A stretch of DNA of 44,186 nucleotides, taken from assembly GCA_964536075.1 (NCBI GenBank), contig CAZHWO010000002.1, positions 1-44,186 on the forward strand, in the 5' to 3' direction. The DNA is from an uncultured Muribaculaceae bacterium (GTDB lineage Bacteria; Bacillota_I; Bacilli_A; RF39; UBA660). Below, piece by piece: positions 1 through 7,896 of this stretch. Under the pieces are notes generated by a model that ran no database searches, was not told the DNA's origin, and worked only from the letters and a program-made list of their open reading frames with translations. The position numbers and the translations under genes were made by a program. Position 1 is the stretch's first letter. Each line of letters opens with the position of its first letter.

Positions 1-710
1 TCTTTTAAATTTTTCTTATACTCTCTTGATATAAGATAGCTTTCTTTACCACCTTTAAAGATCATTAGGTTTTCCGATAATATTATCTTGGTTAGGTTAT
101 GAATGTTAATTATACAACTTCGATGAGTTTGGATAAACCGGCTATCTTTTTCAAGTTTTCTCTTTAATTCTTGAATACTCTGTTTAAAACTATATTTATT
201 ACTTTTTGTTACAATATTACAATAATTCTGATTAGGTATCTTTTCAATATAAAGAATATCAGAATATGGTACCTTATATATTTCACCATCTTGTTGAAAA
301 CTAATAGAAAGATCAGCAGTGGTGATTTTTATTGCACAGGTTAAAGCTTCTTTCAGTTCTTCTTCAAAATTAGAGTACTTAGATATAAAGTCTAACAATA
401 ATGTTTTGCTACGATAAGATTCATTTCTTAGTTCACTATGGACTGTAACAATAATAATGGGACTTTTCCAATCACCACTATTTCTAATGTCTCGTGCTAG
501 ATCAATACCCGATTTACCTGGAACCTCAATATCGAAGATAAATATTCGATTGCCCACAATATTATCGATCTTTTTTAACAGGCTTTTGTCATAGCTAGCA
601 AATTCTTCAATTTTATAGTTATCATTGCGATTACCCATAAATTGATGAATAATTTTAATGTATGAATTTCTCATTTCCAAATTGTCTTCATAAATTATAA
701 ATGTTAGCAT
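1..710 (-). CDS. LytTR-family two-component response regulator (3' end runs off the window start)
   Basis: Absent from the ORF track because there is no stop in the window. Reverse translation from the ATG at 710-708 gives MLTFIIYEDNLEMRNSY... It has a receiver-type Asp pocket (IFIFDIEVPGKSGIDLA) and a C-terminal LEKDSRFIQTHRSCIINIHN, the LytTR DNA-binding signature. An AGGGAGG SD lies upstream. Confidence 0.8.
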   Translation of the reverse strand, partial: MLTFIIYEDNLEMRNSYIKIIHQFMGNRNDNYKIEEFASYDKSLLKKIDNIVGNRIFIFDIEVPGKSGIDLARDIRNSGDWKSPIIIVTVHSELRNESYRSKTLLLDFISKYSNFEEELKEALTCAIKITTADLSISFQQDGEIYKVPYSDILYIEKIPNQNYCNIVTKSNKYSFKQSIQELKRKLEKDSRFIQTHRSCIINIHNLTKIILSENLMIFKGGKESYLISREYKKNLK

Positions 711-764
711 ATCAACATGCCTCCCTATTATTATTTATATTTTACCATATTTTGGCAAATTTTG

Positions 765-796
765 ACATATAAAAAACTTTTCCGAGGGAAAAGTTT
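765..796 (-). terminator. Rho-independent terminator after tagO
   Basis: 10-bp stem (774-783 pairs with 787-796, AACTTTTCC/GGAAAAGTT core) with loop GAG. On the minus strand it is followed by TTTTTTATAT. Confidence 0.7.
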
Positions 797-1817
797 ATTT
801 ATCTTTATTTATTATCGTTGTTTTAACCATAAAACTAATAATAATAGTTAGGAAAATAAAATACATAATTATTCCTATGGAGGAACTTACTAAAGCATAA
901 ACAATGGACGAGGTAGCTAATAGACAGGTTATTAGATAAATTATTAATACGGTATTGCGGTGTGAGAAATTCATTTTTAATAATTGATGGTGGAGATGCT
1001 GTTTATCAGGCATATAAATTGGTTGATGTTTTAAAAGACGGCGAACAATGGCAAAGAAAGTATCTATTATAGGGATTGATAATATTAACATCGGGATAAA
1101 TAATGACGTAAGTGCAGTTCCTTTGAAACCTAATAGAGATATTATAGCTATAATTAAACCTAAAAACATTGATCCCGAATCACCAGCAAATATTTTAGCT
1201 GGATAAAAGTTATGATATAAAAAGCCTAATGATGAACCTAAAGTTAAAAAGATAATTAAAATCTCTAAATAATCATTTTTACCTAAACTATAACTAATTA
1301 TTCCGATTGTTAAAAAGAAAATTGAAGATATGCCTCCAATTAAACCATCTAATCCATCAATAAAATTCAGAGCATTTATACAACCAACAATAAATAATAT
1401 AGTCATGGGATAAGTCATAAAACCAAAATTAAAATAAAGACCAAAGGCTGTTAAATCCTTTAACAGGATATCACCATAAAAAGCAATAACTAAAGCTGCT
1501 GCTATTTGACCTAATAATTTTATTGAAGCTTTAATCGGTTTAATATCATCGATTATTCCTGTAATTATGACAATAAAACTGGCAATTAAAATAGCGTTCA
1601 TTCTTAGCGTTGGTTGGCCAAATATCATATAACCGATAAGAAACCCGGAAAATATTCCCAGGCCACCCAGTCTTGGCATTGGTTTGGCATGAACCTTTCT
1701 TTCATTGGGAATATCCATTGCTCCTATATGAGCGGCAATTTTTTTAACTATAGGAATTATTAAAGCTGTAAAGACAAATGTCGTAATAACAATCATTATT
1801 ATTTTTTTAATATCCAT
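795..1817 (-). CDS. tagO: Undecaprenyl-phosphate GlcNAc-1-phosphate transferase (MraY/WecA/TagO family, GT4)
   Basis: Polytopic membrane protein with IIDDIKPI and NALNFIDGLDGL motifs typical of the WecA/TagO family. I place the start at MDIKK (ATG 1817-1815), which has a GAAAGAGG SD. The track's 40-aa N-terminal extension overlaps mbl and is rejected. Confidence 0.85.
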   Translation of the reverse strand: MDIKKIIMIVITTFVFTALIIPIVKKIAAHIGAMDIPNERKVHAKPMPRLGGLGIFSGFLIGYMIFGQPTLRMNAILIASFIVIITGIIDDIKPIKASIKLLGQIAAALVIAFYGDILLKDLTAFGLYFNFGFMTYPMTILFIVGCINALNFIDGLDGLIGGISSIFFLTIGIISYSLGKNDYLEILIIFLTLGSSLGFLYHNFYPAKIFAGDSGSMFLGLIIAIISLLGFKGTALTSLFIPMLILSIPIIDTFFAIVRRLLKHQPIYMPDKQHLHHQLLKMNFSHRNTVLIIYLITCLLATSSIVYALVSSSIGIIMYFIFLTIIISFMVKTTIINKDK

Positions 1818-1881
1818 ATATCTACTACCTCTTTCTAGTATCATTATAACATAATACAAAAAAAGAATATATAAATATATT

Positions 1882-2871
1882 CTAATTATCAACGAGATGA
1901 ATATTATCCAAAAGGACGCCTGTTCCTTCAGCAACACAGGTTAAAGGAGAACTAGCGATTCTTATGGGAACCTTTAATTCACGGGTTAAGAGTTTATCAA
2001 GATTAGTTAATAATGATCCTCCACCAGTTAAGGTTATACCATTATCATAAATATCAGCCGATAATTCTGGCGGGGTCTGTTCTAATACCTTTTTAGTTAC
2101 TCGGACAATTTCATCAACACTTTTTTTAAAGGCTTCTTCCGTATCCTGAGCATTAACAATAACTGTTTTAGGTAAGCCGTTAACAACATCACGGCCTTTA
2201 ATTTCCATAGTTTCTTTACCATTTTTAGCCATGACATTACCAATTTGTTTTTTTATCTCTTCAGCAGTTCTTTCCCCAATTAAGAGCTTGTACTTTTCTT
2301 TAATGTAATTAATTAAATCATTATCAAAGGTATTGCCAGCAATACGTAGAGAATCACTTATAACAATTTCTCCTAGAGATAAAACGGCTATATCGGTCGT
2401 TCCTCCTCCGATATCAATAATCATATTACCACTGGGCTTAGCTATATCGAGCCCAGCTCCGACGGCTGCTACTTTGGGTTCCTCTTCCACAAAAACCTTT
2501 TTAGCACCCATTTTCTCAGCTACTTCTTTAATAGCATTCCTTTCAACCTGCGTTATATTAGTTGGACAACATATCAGTATTCTCGGTTTACCAAAAATAC
2601 CCTTACATTTTATTTTTTGAAGTAAGTAATTAATCATTACTTCAGTCATTTCAAAGTCCGCAATTACTCCATCTTTTAAAGGTCTAATAGCTTTTACTTT
2701 TCCTGGGGTTCTTCCTAACATTTGATTGGCTTCTTCTCCCACGGCTAGCACTCTTTTATTATTACTATCAATGGCTACCACACTTGGTTCGTTTAAAATT
2801 ACTCCTTCGCCTTTAACAAAAATTAATATATTAGCTGTTCCTAAGTCTATTCCTATATCTTTTGAAAACAA
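1882..2871 (-). CDS. mbl: Actin-like rod-shape protein, MreB/Mbl family
   Basis: MFSKDIGIDLGTANILIFVKG...DIGGGTTDIAVLS...LTGGGSLL aligns closely with my recollection of B. subtilis Mbl. It has a TTG start 4 nt after the spoIIID stop. The spoIIID-mbl order matches B. subtilis. Confidence 0.92.
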   Translation of the reverse strand: MFSKDIGIDLGTANILIFVKGEGVILNEPSVVAIDSNNKRVLAVGEEANQMLGRTPGKVKAIRPLKDGVIADFEMTEVMINYLLQKIKCKGIFGKPRILICCPTNITQVERNAIKEVAEKMGAKKVFVEEEPKVAAVGAGLDIAKPSGNMIIDIGGGTTDIAVLSLGEIVISDSLRIAGNTFDNDLINYIKEKYKLLIGERTAEEIKKQIGNVMAKNGKETMEIKGRDVVNGLPKTVIVNAQDTEEAFKKSVDEIVRVTKKVLEQTPPELSADIYDNGITLTGGGSLLTNLDKLLTRELKVPIRIASSPLTCVAEGTGVLLDNIHLVDN

Positions 2872-2875
2872 AATT

Positions 2876-3136
2876 TCACATCCCTTTTTTTATATTTAAA
2901 TATTTCTCTCTGGTTGATTGACCACCTTTAATGTGACGAGTATCAATATGATTACTAAAGACATCCCCTACTGCATAGTATATTTTAGTATCAATTTCCA
3001 ATAATCGATCTCTTAAATCTTTATGGACCGTACTTTTACTAACACTAAAAGTTTTGGCAATCTCTCTAACGGTTTTATCAGTTTCTAATATATATCTGCT
3101 TTCTGACAAAACTCTATTAACAATTCTCTTATTCAT
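2876..3136 (-). CDS. spoIIID: Sporulation transcriptional regulator SpoIIID
   Basis: 86 aa. ...TVREIAKTFSVSKSTVHKDLRDRL...HIKGGQSTREKY matches the SpoIIID HTH and basic tail (B. subtilis ...TVRVIAKEFGVSKSTVHKDLTERL...). AGAGGG SD. Confidence 0.9.
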   Translation of the reverse strand: MNKRIVNRVLSESRYILETDKTVREIAKTFSVSKSTVHKDLRDRLLEIDTKIYYAVGDVFSNHIDTRHIKGGQSTREKYLNIKKGM

Positions 3137-3154
3137 ATAAACCCTCTTTGGTAA

Positions 3155-3183
3155 ATTATATCGAGTCGCTAGAGGAAATATGA
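3155..3183 (-). promoter_or_regulatory. Candidate sigma-E-type promoter for spoIIID (a sigma-A reading is also possible)
   Basis: The minus strand reads TCATATT-14 nt-GATATAAT. The recalled sigma-E consensus is kmATAww-14-CATACAhT, so the -35 is 7/7 and the -10 is 6/8. The same TATAAT with TTCATA 18 nt upstream could serve sigma-A. Confidence 0.35.
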
Positions 3184-3204
3184 ATAAAAAAAGGCATAAA
3201 CTGC

Positions 3205-3834
3205 CTATAAATCTTTAATTGTTTTGTTATAGTATAGTTCTGGATTTACAACACTTCCATTATAGAATAATTCAAAATGTAAGTAAAAATTGTCATCTCC
3301 ACTAACACTATTAGTTCCACTTGTTCCAATTATTTGGCCTTGTTGAATATTATCACCTTTTTTAATATTAACATCTTTTAAACTTTGATAGACACTGATT
3401 AAATTATTATCATGTTTTATTTCTATAACCTGACCAAATAATTCATCATTATAAATATTACTAACCGTACCACCTAATATGCTAACAACATCAAATGCCT
3501 CACCTAACATGTAATCAATACCAGTATTTTGCATATAAGTTCCACCGTAATATAATATTGCTTTTTCCTGCGAAGTATTATCGGCTTGATAATCATAAAA
3601 ACTTTTCCCAACAGTGACCGCTTCATTAGTGTATGGCTTAATTATGACTACTGTTTCATTGATAACCTGAGTATCTTCATCTTTAACGATTTCAACAGTA
3701 TATTTGATATCTTCGGGAGTTTCTTTTAAACTTTTTTGCAAATTAGTAATAAATATCCCTAAAAGAGCTCCTGTTACTAATAAAACATAGATCGTTTGGG
3801 CAACAAATGGTTTTAATTTTAATACCTTCTTCAT
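3205..3834 (-). CDS. spoIIQ: Membrane-anchored degenerate LytM/M23-domain protein, SpoIIQ-like
   Basis: It has an N-terminal TM helix (FVAQTIYVLLVTGALLGIFI) and a C-terminal M23 fold. The metal ligands are degenerate: NTGIDY instead of HxGxD, and YLHFE instead of HxH. It sits directly upstream of spoIIID, as clostridial spoIIQ does. Confidence 0.6.
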   Translation of the reverse strand: MKKVLKLKPFVAQTIYVLLVTGALLGIFITNLQKSLKETPEDIKYTVEIVKDEDTQVINETVVIIKPYTNEAVTVGKSFYDYQADNTSQEKAILYYGGTYMQNTGIDYMLGEAFDVVSILGGTVSNIYNDELFGQVIEIKHDNNLISVYQSLKDVNIKKGDNIQQGQIIGTSGTNSVSGDDNFYLHFELFYNGSVVNPELYYNKTIKDL

Positions 3835-3884
3835 AAATTCACCTCATTAAAAGTTTGAGCTAAATTTATTTTTTTATACATAGA

Positions 3885-4082
3885 TTATGAAATTTTTGAT
3901 GCTAAGAAAATATCATATAGGAAATTGGTTATAATATAAATGAATAAAAAACACAAAAATAGATAAAAAATTCGGGCTTGAAGAACTTTATTTTTTTTAA
4001 AAAGATAGTTAATATTAATTGAATCCATAGCTAAAAAAACGAATGGTGTAACAGTAAGATAAAGAAAGAATTTACCATTCAC
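3885..4082 (-). CDS. Small hydrophobic membrane protein, unknown function
   Basis: 65-aa ORF with two predicted TM helices. GTG start 7 nt after an AGGTGA SD that lies in the last codons of rpiB, with a 3-nt gap between the genes. No family recognised. Confidence 0.4.
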   Translation of the reverse strand: MNGKFFLYLTVTPFVFLAMDSININYLFKKNKVLQARIFYLFLCFLFIYIITNFLYDIFLASKIS

Positions 4083-4085
4083 TAT

Positions 4086-4532
4086 TTATTCACCTGTTCC
4101 TTCGTAGTCACTAATCATCTGAATTCTTTTAATATGTCTTTTTTCATCAGAAAAATCAGTATTTATAAAGGTATCTATAATCTTTTTAATTTTATGAAAA
4201 GATAATTTACTAGAAAGAGCCAAAATATTAGCATCATTATCTAATCTTGTCCATTTGGCTTCCTCCACATCATGAACATTAGCACAACGAATATCTTTTA
4301 CTTTGTTACATGCAATAGACATGCCAATACCACTACCACAGATAGCTATACCTATTTCTATTTCCTTGGTATTAATTTTTTCCCCTAAAATAAAGGCATA
4401 TTTAGGATAATCTACAGATGATCTTGTTTTAGTTCCATAGTCTTTTACAATGTGATCTTTATTACTTAGATATTTAATAATTTTAGCTTTAATATCATAT
4501 CCACGATGATCACTAACAATTCCTATCTTCAT
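4086..4532 (-). CDS. rpiB: Ribose-5-phosphate isomerase B (RpiB/LacAB family)
   Basis: MKIGIVSDHRGYDIK...ICGSGIGMSIACNKV...ANILALSS are RpiB/YwlF hallmarks. GGAGG SD. Confidence 0.85.
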   Translation of the reverse strand: MKIGIVSDHRGYDIKAKIIKYLSNKDHIVKDYGTKTRSSVDYPKYAFILGEKINTKEIEIGIAICGSGIGMSIACNKVKDIRCANVHDVEEAKWTRLDNDANILALSSKLSFHKIKKIIDTFINTDFSDEKRHIKRIQMISDYEGTGE

Positions 4533-4554
4533 AATTACCTCCTACTATAGATTT

Positions 4555-4583
4555 ATTATATCCTATATTTATTATTTTTACAA
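4555..4583 (-). promoter_or_regulatory. Candidate sigma-A promoter for rpiB
   Basis: The minus strand reads TTGTAA-17 nt-TATAAT, about 20 nt upstream of the GGAGG SD. Confidence 0.5.
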
Positions 4584-4610
4584 AAAAATAAGAGGAAAAA
4601 ACCTCTTATT
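4581..4610 (-). terminator. Rho-independent terminator after rpmE
   Basis: 9-bp stem AATAAGAGG/CCTCTTATT (4587-4595 pairs with 4602-4610) with a 6-nt loop. A T-run follows on the minus strand. The rpmE stop codon lies in the stem. Confidence 0.8.
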
Positions 4611-4809
4611 CACTAAAACCATATTTTTTATTAAATTTGTCAACTCGGCCTGTTTTTGAAGCACGGTTTTGTTTGCCTGTGAAGAATGGATGACATTTAG
4701 AACATACTTCAACTTGGATAGTTTCCTTAACTGATTTTGTTTTAAAGGTTTCCCCACAAGCACAGGTAACATTAGCTTCTTTTATTTCTGGATGAATTCC
4801 TTTTTTCAT
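4606..4809 (-). CDS. rpmE: 50S ribosomal protein L31 (Zn-ribbon, Cys-containing form)
   Basis: MKKGIHPE...CACGETF...[12 protein letters not shown] is the canonical L31 sequence with CxxG...CxxC. Confidence 0.95.
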   Translation of the reverse strand: MKKGIHPEIKEANVTCACGETFKTKSVKETIQVEVCSKCHPFFTGKQNRASKTGRVDKFNKKYGFSE

Positions 4810-4889
4810 ATTATTTCTCCTTCCGCCATGATTTAAATTTAAACCATAGTTCTAAATTGCTAGTTTATTATAACAGTTTTCTTAAGGTT

Positions 4890-5636
4890 TTACAAGTCTA
4901 TTATGGATTTTTTTTGCATTAAAGTAATTATTTTGTTAGAAATATCGATATAACCTTTGCTGTTAGGATGAATATCTAAAGGATTAGGCAAATAATTAGC
5001 ATTTTGGCTAAGTGTATCCGATATTTTAACAAATTGAACATTATGATCTTTACATACTTGTTGAAAAACTTTATCACTATAAGTAATATATTTATTTACG
5101 GTCTGATTGGATAAAGGATTATAGTAACCAACTAATATAATGGTGCCTTTGGCATATTTTTTAATTAAACCTAACATATTGGATAATTCTAAAGAAAGAC
5201 CATCGATCTTTTTATATAGATTGTTATTTGCCACGGTATCATTACTTAGTGCATTTAAGTCTATATTGTTAAACAAATCATCAAAACCAATTGATATGGT
5301 TACCAAATCAGAGGAGCGCAACAATTCTTTTAAATAAATATTTTTATTGCCTATGGTGGCAACGACATTATTATCTATTTGATTGACAACATCAGTAATT
5401 TTATAACCACTTTGGGTATAGGCTTTAGTATAATATTTTAATATTTGTTTATTTTTTAAGTAATCGGCTAGATAGTCTACATAACTATAACTTATGTTGC
5501 CATATGGGGTCGTACCTTGAGCTAGAGAATCTCCTAAAGCCACATAAATAATCTGATGAGGATTTTTTGTGCGATAAATAAAGAAGATTGATAAAAAGAC
5601 TAATATAATAAAGAGCATCTTTTTGATTTTTTTCAT
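4890..5636 (-). CDS. Secreted or membrane-anchored SGNH/GDSL hydrolase
   Basis: N-terminal signal or TM segment, block I ALGDSLAQG, and C-terminal DIHPNSKGY (DxxH). I place the start at MKKIKKM (ATG 5636-5634) behind a GGAGGA SD. The track's TTG start is 12 nt upstream. Confidence 0.8.
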   Translation of the reverse strand: MKKIKKMLFIILVFLSIFFIYRTKNPHQIIYVALGDSLAQGTTPYGNISYSYVDYLADYLKNKQILKYYTKAYTQSGYKITDVVNQIDNNVVATIGNKNIYLKELLRSSDLVTISIGFDDLFNNIDLNALSNDTVANNNLYKKIDGLSLELSNMLGLIKKYAKGTIILVGYYNPLSNQTVNKYITYSDKVFQQVCKDHNVQFVKISDTLSQNANYLPNPLDIHPNSKGYIDISNKIITLMQKKSIIDL

Positions 5637-5644
5637 GTTTTCCT

Positions 5645-5671
5645 CCAAAAAAAAATAGAGATTATCTATTT
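5645..5671 (-). terminator. Probable terminator after murA
   Basis: 7-bp stem AAATAGA/TCTATTT (5653-5659 pairs with 5665-5671). A run of six Ts follows on the minus strand. The stem is weak and AU-rich. Confidence 0.45.
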
Positions 5672-5673
5672 AA

Positions 5674-6924
5674 TTATATTTCCTTTATCTCTATTCTAGC
5701 ACCAACATTGGTTAATTTTTCGACAATTCCCTCATAGCCTCTTAAGATATGTTCAATATTAGTAATAGTAGTGGTTTTAGTGGCTATTAAACCGGCTAAA
5801 ACCATGGCGGCTCCAGCTCGAAGATCAGTTGCTTCAATTTTAGCACCCTTCAATTGACAAGGTCCCTGAAAAGTGGCCTTTTTACCATTAACTTTAATTT
5901 TAGCACCCATTTTATTAAAAGCTTTAATATGCATGAACCGATTTTCAAAAAGATTTTCTTCAATACTAGCTCTTGGGCACATGGTTAAAAGCGGTGTAAT
6001 TGGCTGTTGAAGATCAGTAGGAAAGCCTGGATAGACTTGCGTTTTTATGGATATGGACTTATATTTATCCGGTTTAGAAACAATAACATAATCACTACCA
6101 ATTTCCATACTTACTCCGGCTTCTTGCAATTTTAAAAGTAAAGCATCAATATGTTCAGGAATTAAATTATTTATTTTTAACTGTTTTCCCGCTATGGCTC
6201 CTAAAATAACATATGTTCCTGCTTCAATACGATCAGGGATTATTTCATGAAAGCATCCTTTTAAATGTTCTACCCCTTTAATAATAATCGTACTAGTACC
6301 AGCACCAGTTATTTTAGCGCCCATATTATTTAAAAAGGTGGCAACATTAACTATTTCTGGCTCTTTAGCAGCATTATCAATAACAGTTTTACCCTTAGCT
6401 TTAACAGCTGCCAACATAATATTAATAGTAGCTCCAACCGAAGCAATATCAAGATATATATTAGCACCTTTTAATTCTTCAGCATAAATATGATATCTAT
6501 TATTTTTTTCTTCGACAGTAGCGCCTAGCGCTTCAAAACCTTTTAAATGTAAGTTAATGGGCCTTTTTCCAATAGAGCATCCGCCAGGAAAAAACATTTC
6601 AACATTCCCATATTTACCTAATAAAGCTCCCATAAAATAATAAGAAGCTCGTAATTTTGTTGAAATCTTTTCAGGGATAGCCTTATTTACTATTGTTGTA
6701 GGATCAATAACAATGGTTTCTGACGTTCTTTGAACGGCGGCGCCTAAGTACTTTAAAATACTACCTAACGCATCGGTATCGGATATTTGAGGAACATTTA
6801 AAATTGTTACCTTATCATCAGCCAAAATAGCAGCTGGAATTAGGGCCACAGCACTATTCTTGGCTCCACTAATGGTTATTTCTCCCGATAGCTCTTGGCC
6901 ACCTTTTATTTCTAGTACTTTCAT
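5674..6924 (-). CDS. murA: UDP-N-acetylglucosamine 1-carboxyvinyltransferase
   Basis: 416 aa. SGAKNSAVALIPA... with active-site loop FPGGCSIGKRPINLHLKG (Cys retained). The fba-murA order resembles B. subtilis fbaA...murAB. Confidence 0.95.
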   Translation of the reverse strand: MKVLEIKGGQELSGEITISGAKNSAVALIPAAILADDKVTILNVPQISDTDALGSILKYLGAAVQRTSETIVIDPTTIVNKAIPEKISTKLRASYYFMGALLGKYGNVEMFFPGGCSIGKRPINLHLKGFEALGATVEEKNNRYHIYAEELKGANIYLDIASVGATINIMLAAVKAKGKTVIDNAAKEPEIVNVATFLNNMGAKITGAGTSTIIIKGVEHLKGCFHEIIPDRIEAGTYVILGAIAGKQLKINNLIPEHIDALLLKLQEAGVSMEIGSDYVIVSKPDKYKSISIKTQVYPGFPTDLQQPITPLLTMCPRASIEENLFENRFMHIKAFNKMGAKIKVNGKKATFQGPCQLKGAKIEATDLRAGAAMVLAGLIATKTTTITNIEHILRGYEGIVEKLTNVGARIEIKEI

Positions 6925-6958
6925 AACTACCTCCGTACTTATCTAATATATTTTATTA

Positions 6959-7810
6959 TTAAATTTTTTTTTCGTTTCTAAAAGTGTTAATTATTTCTCG
7001 GATTGTATCTTTAATAGCGGTTTCACCACTACCAATAATTTTTCTAGGATCATATACTTGTTGATTATTAGCAATAAAAGTCCGCACAGCTTTTGACCAA
7101 TTAACTTGCAGCTCAGTATTAATATTAATTTTGCTTGTTCCACAATTAATAGCTTTTATAATTTTCTCTTTACTAACACCGGTTCCTCCATGTAATACAA
7201 GCGGAATGCCAGTTTTTTTACTTATTTCTTGCATACTTTCAAAATCAATTTTTTCTTCACCATTATATAAACCATGAACCGTTCCTAAAGCTGGGGCAAG
7301 CATAGTGATATTAGTTTGTTTAGCCAATTCCAAAGCATCTTCTACGGAAGCATATTTTATTCCACTAGCATGACCATCCTCTACTCCACCAATATAGCCA
7401 ATTTCGGCTTCAACACTTACCTCATATTTTTGAGCATAGGCAACAACTTTTCTCGTATCTAAAATGTTTTGTTCTAACGGTTCCTTGGAAGCATCGAGCA
7501 TGACCGAAGTAAAACCACTATTAATGGCTTTTTTACATGATTCAACACTGTCTCCATGATCTAAGTGTAAGACAACTGGAATGGTAATTTTTAAATCTTT
7601 AATCAATCCTTTTACCATGCTAGCAACGGTGTTATACCCGCCCATATGTTGACAAGCGCCTTCACTGACGCCCAAAATAACAGGATATTGTTGGTTTTGG
7701 CACTCCTCTAAAATATATTTTGTCCATTCTAAATTATTAATATTGAATTGGGGTATAGCATAACCTTTAGCTTTGGCTTGGGTCAAAATTTTTTTAGCAT
7801 TTACTAACAT
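6959..7810 (-). CDS. fba: Class II fructose-1,6-bisphosphate aldolase
   Basis: 283 aa. AIPQFNINNLEW...HLDHG...VLHGGTG are class II FBA motifs. Confidence 0.95.
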   Translation of the reverse strand: MLVNAKKILTQAKAKGYAIPQFNINNLEWTKYILEECQNQQYPVILGVSEGACQHMGGYNTVASMVKGLIKDLKITIPVVLHLDHGDSVESCKKAINSGFTSVMLDASKEPLEQNILDTRKVVAYAQKYEVSVEAEIGYIGGVEDGHASGIKYASVEDALELAKQTNITMLAPALGTVHGLYNGEEKIDFESMQEISKKTGIPLVLHGGTGVSKEKIIKAINCGTSKININTELQVNWSKAVRTFIANNQQVYDPRKIIGSGETAIKDTIREIINTFRNEKKI

Positions 7811-7849
7811 ATTATCACCAAATTAATCATATTCCCTATTACTTTTAAA

Positions 7850-7885
7850 GTCAAATAAAAACACTGAAATTTGACATTTCAGTGT
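7850..7885 (-). terminator. Rho-independent terminator after the 534-aa orphan gene
   Basis: 10-bp stem ACACTGAAAT/ATTTCAGTGT (7861-7870 pairs with 7876-7885) with loop TTGAC. TTTTATTT follows on the minus strand. Confidence 0.8.
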
Positions 7886-7896
7886 TAAGATTTCTC

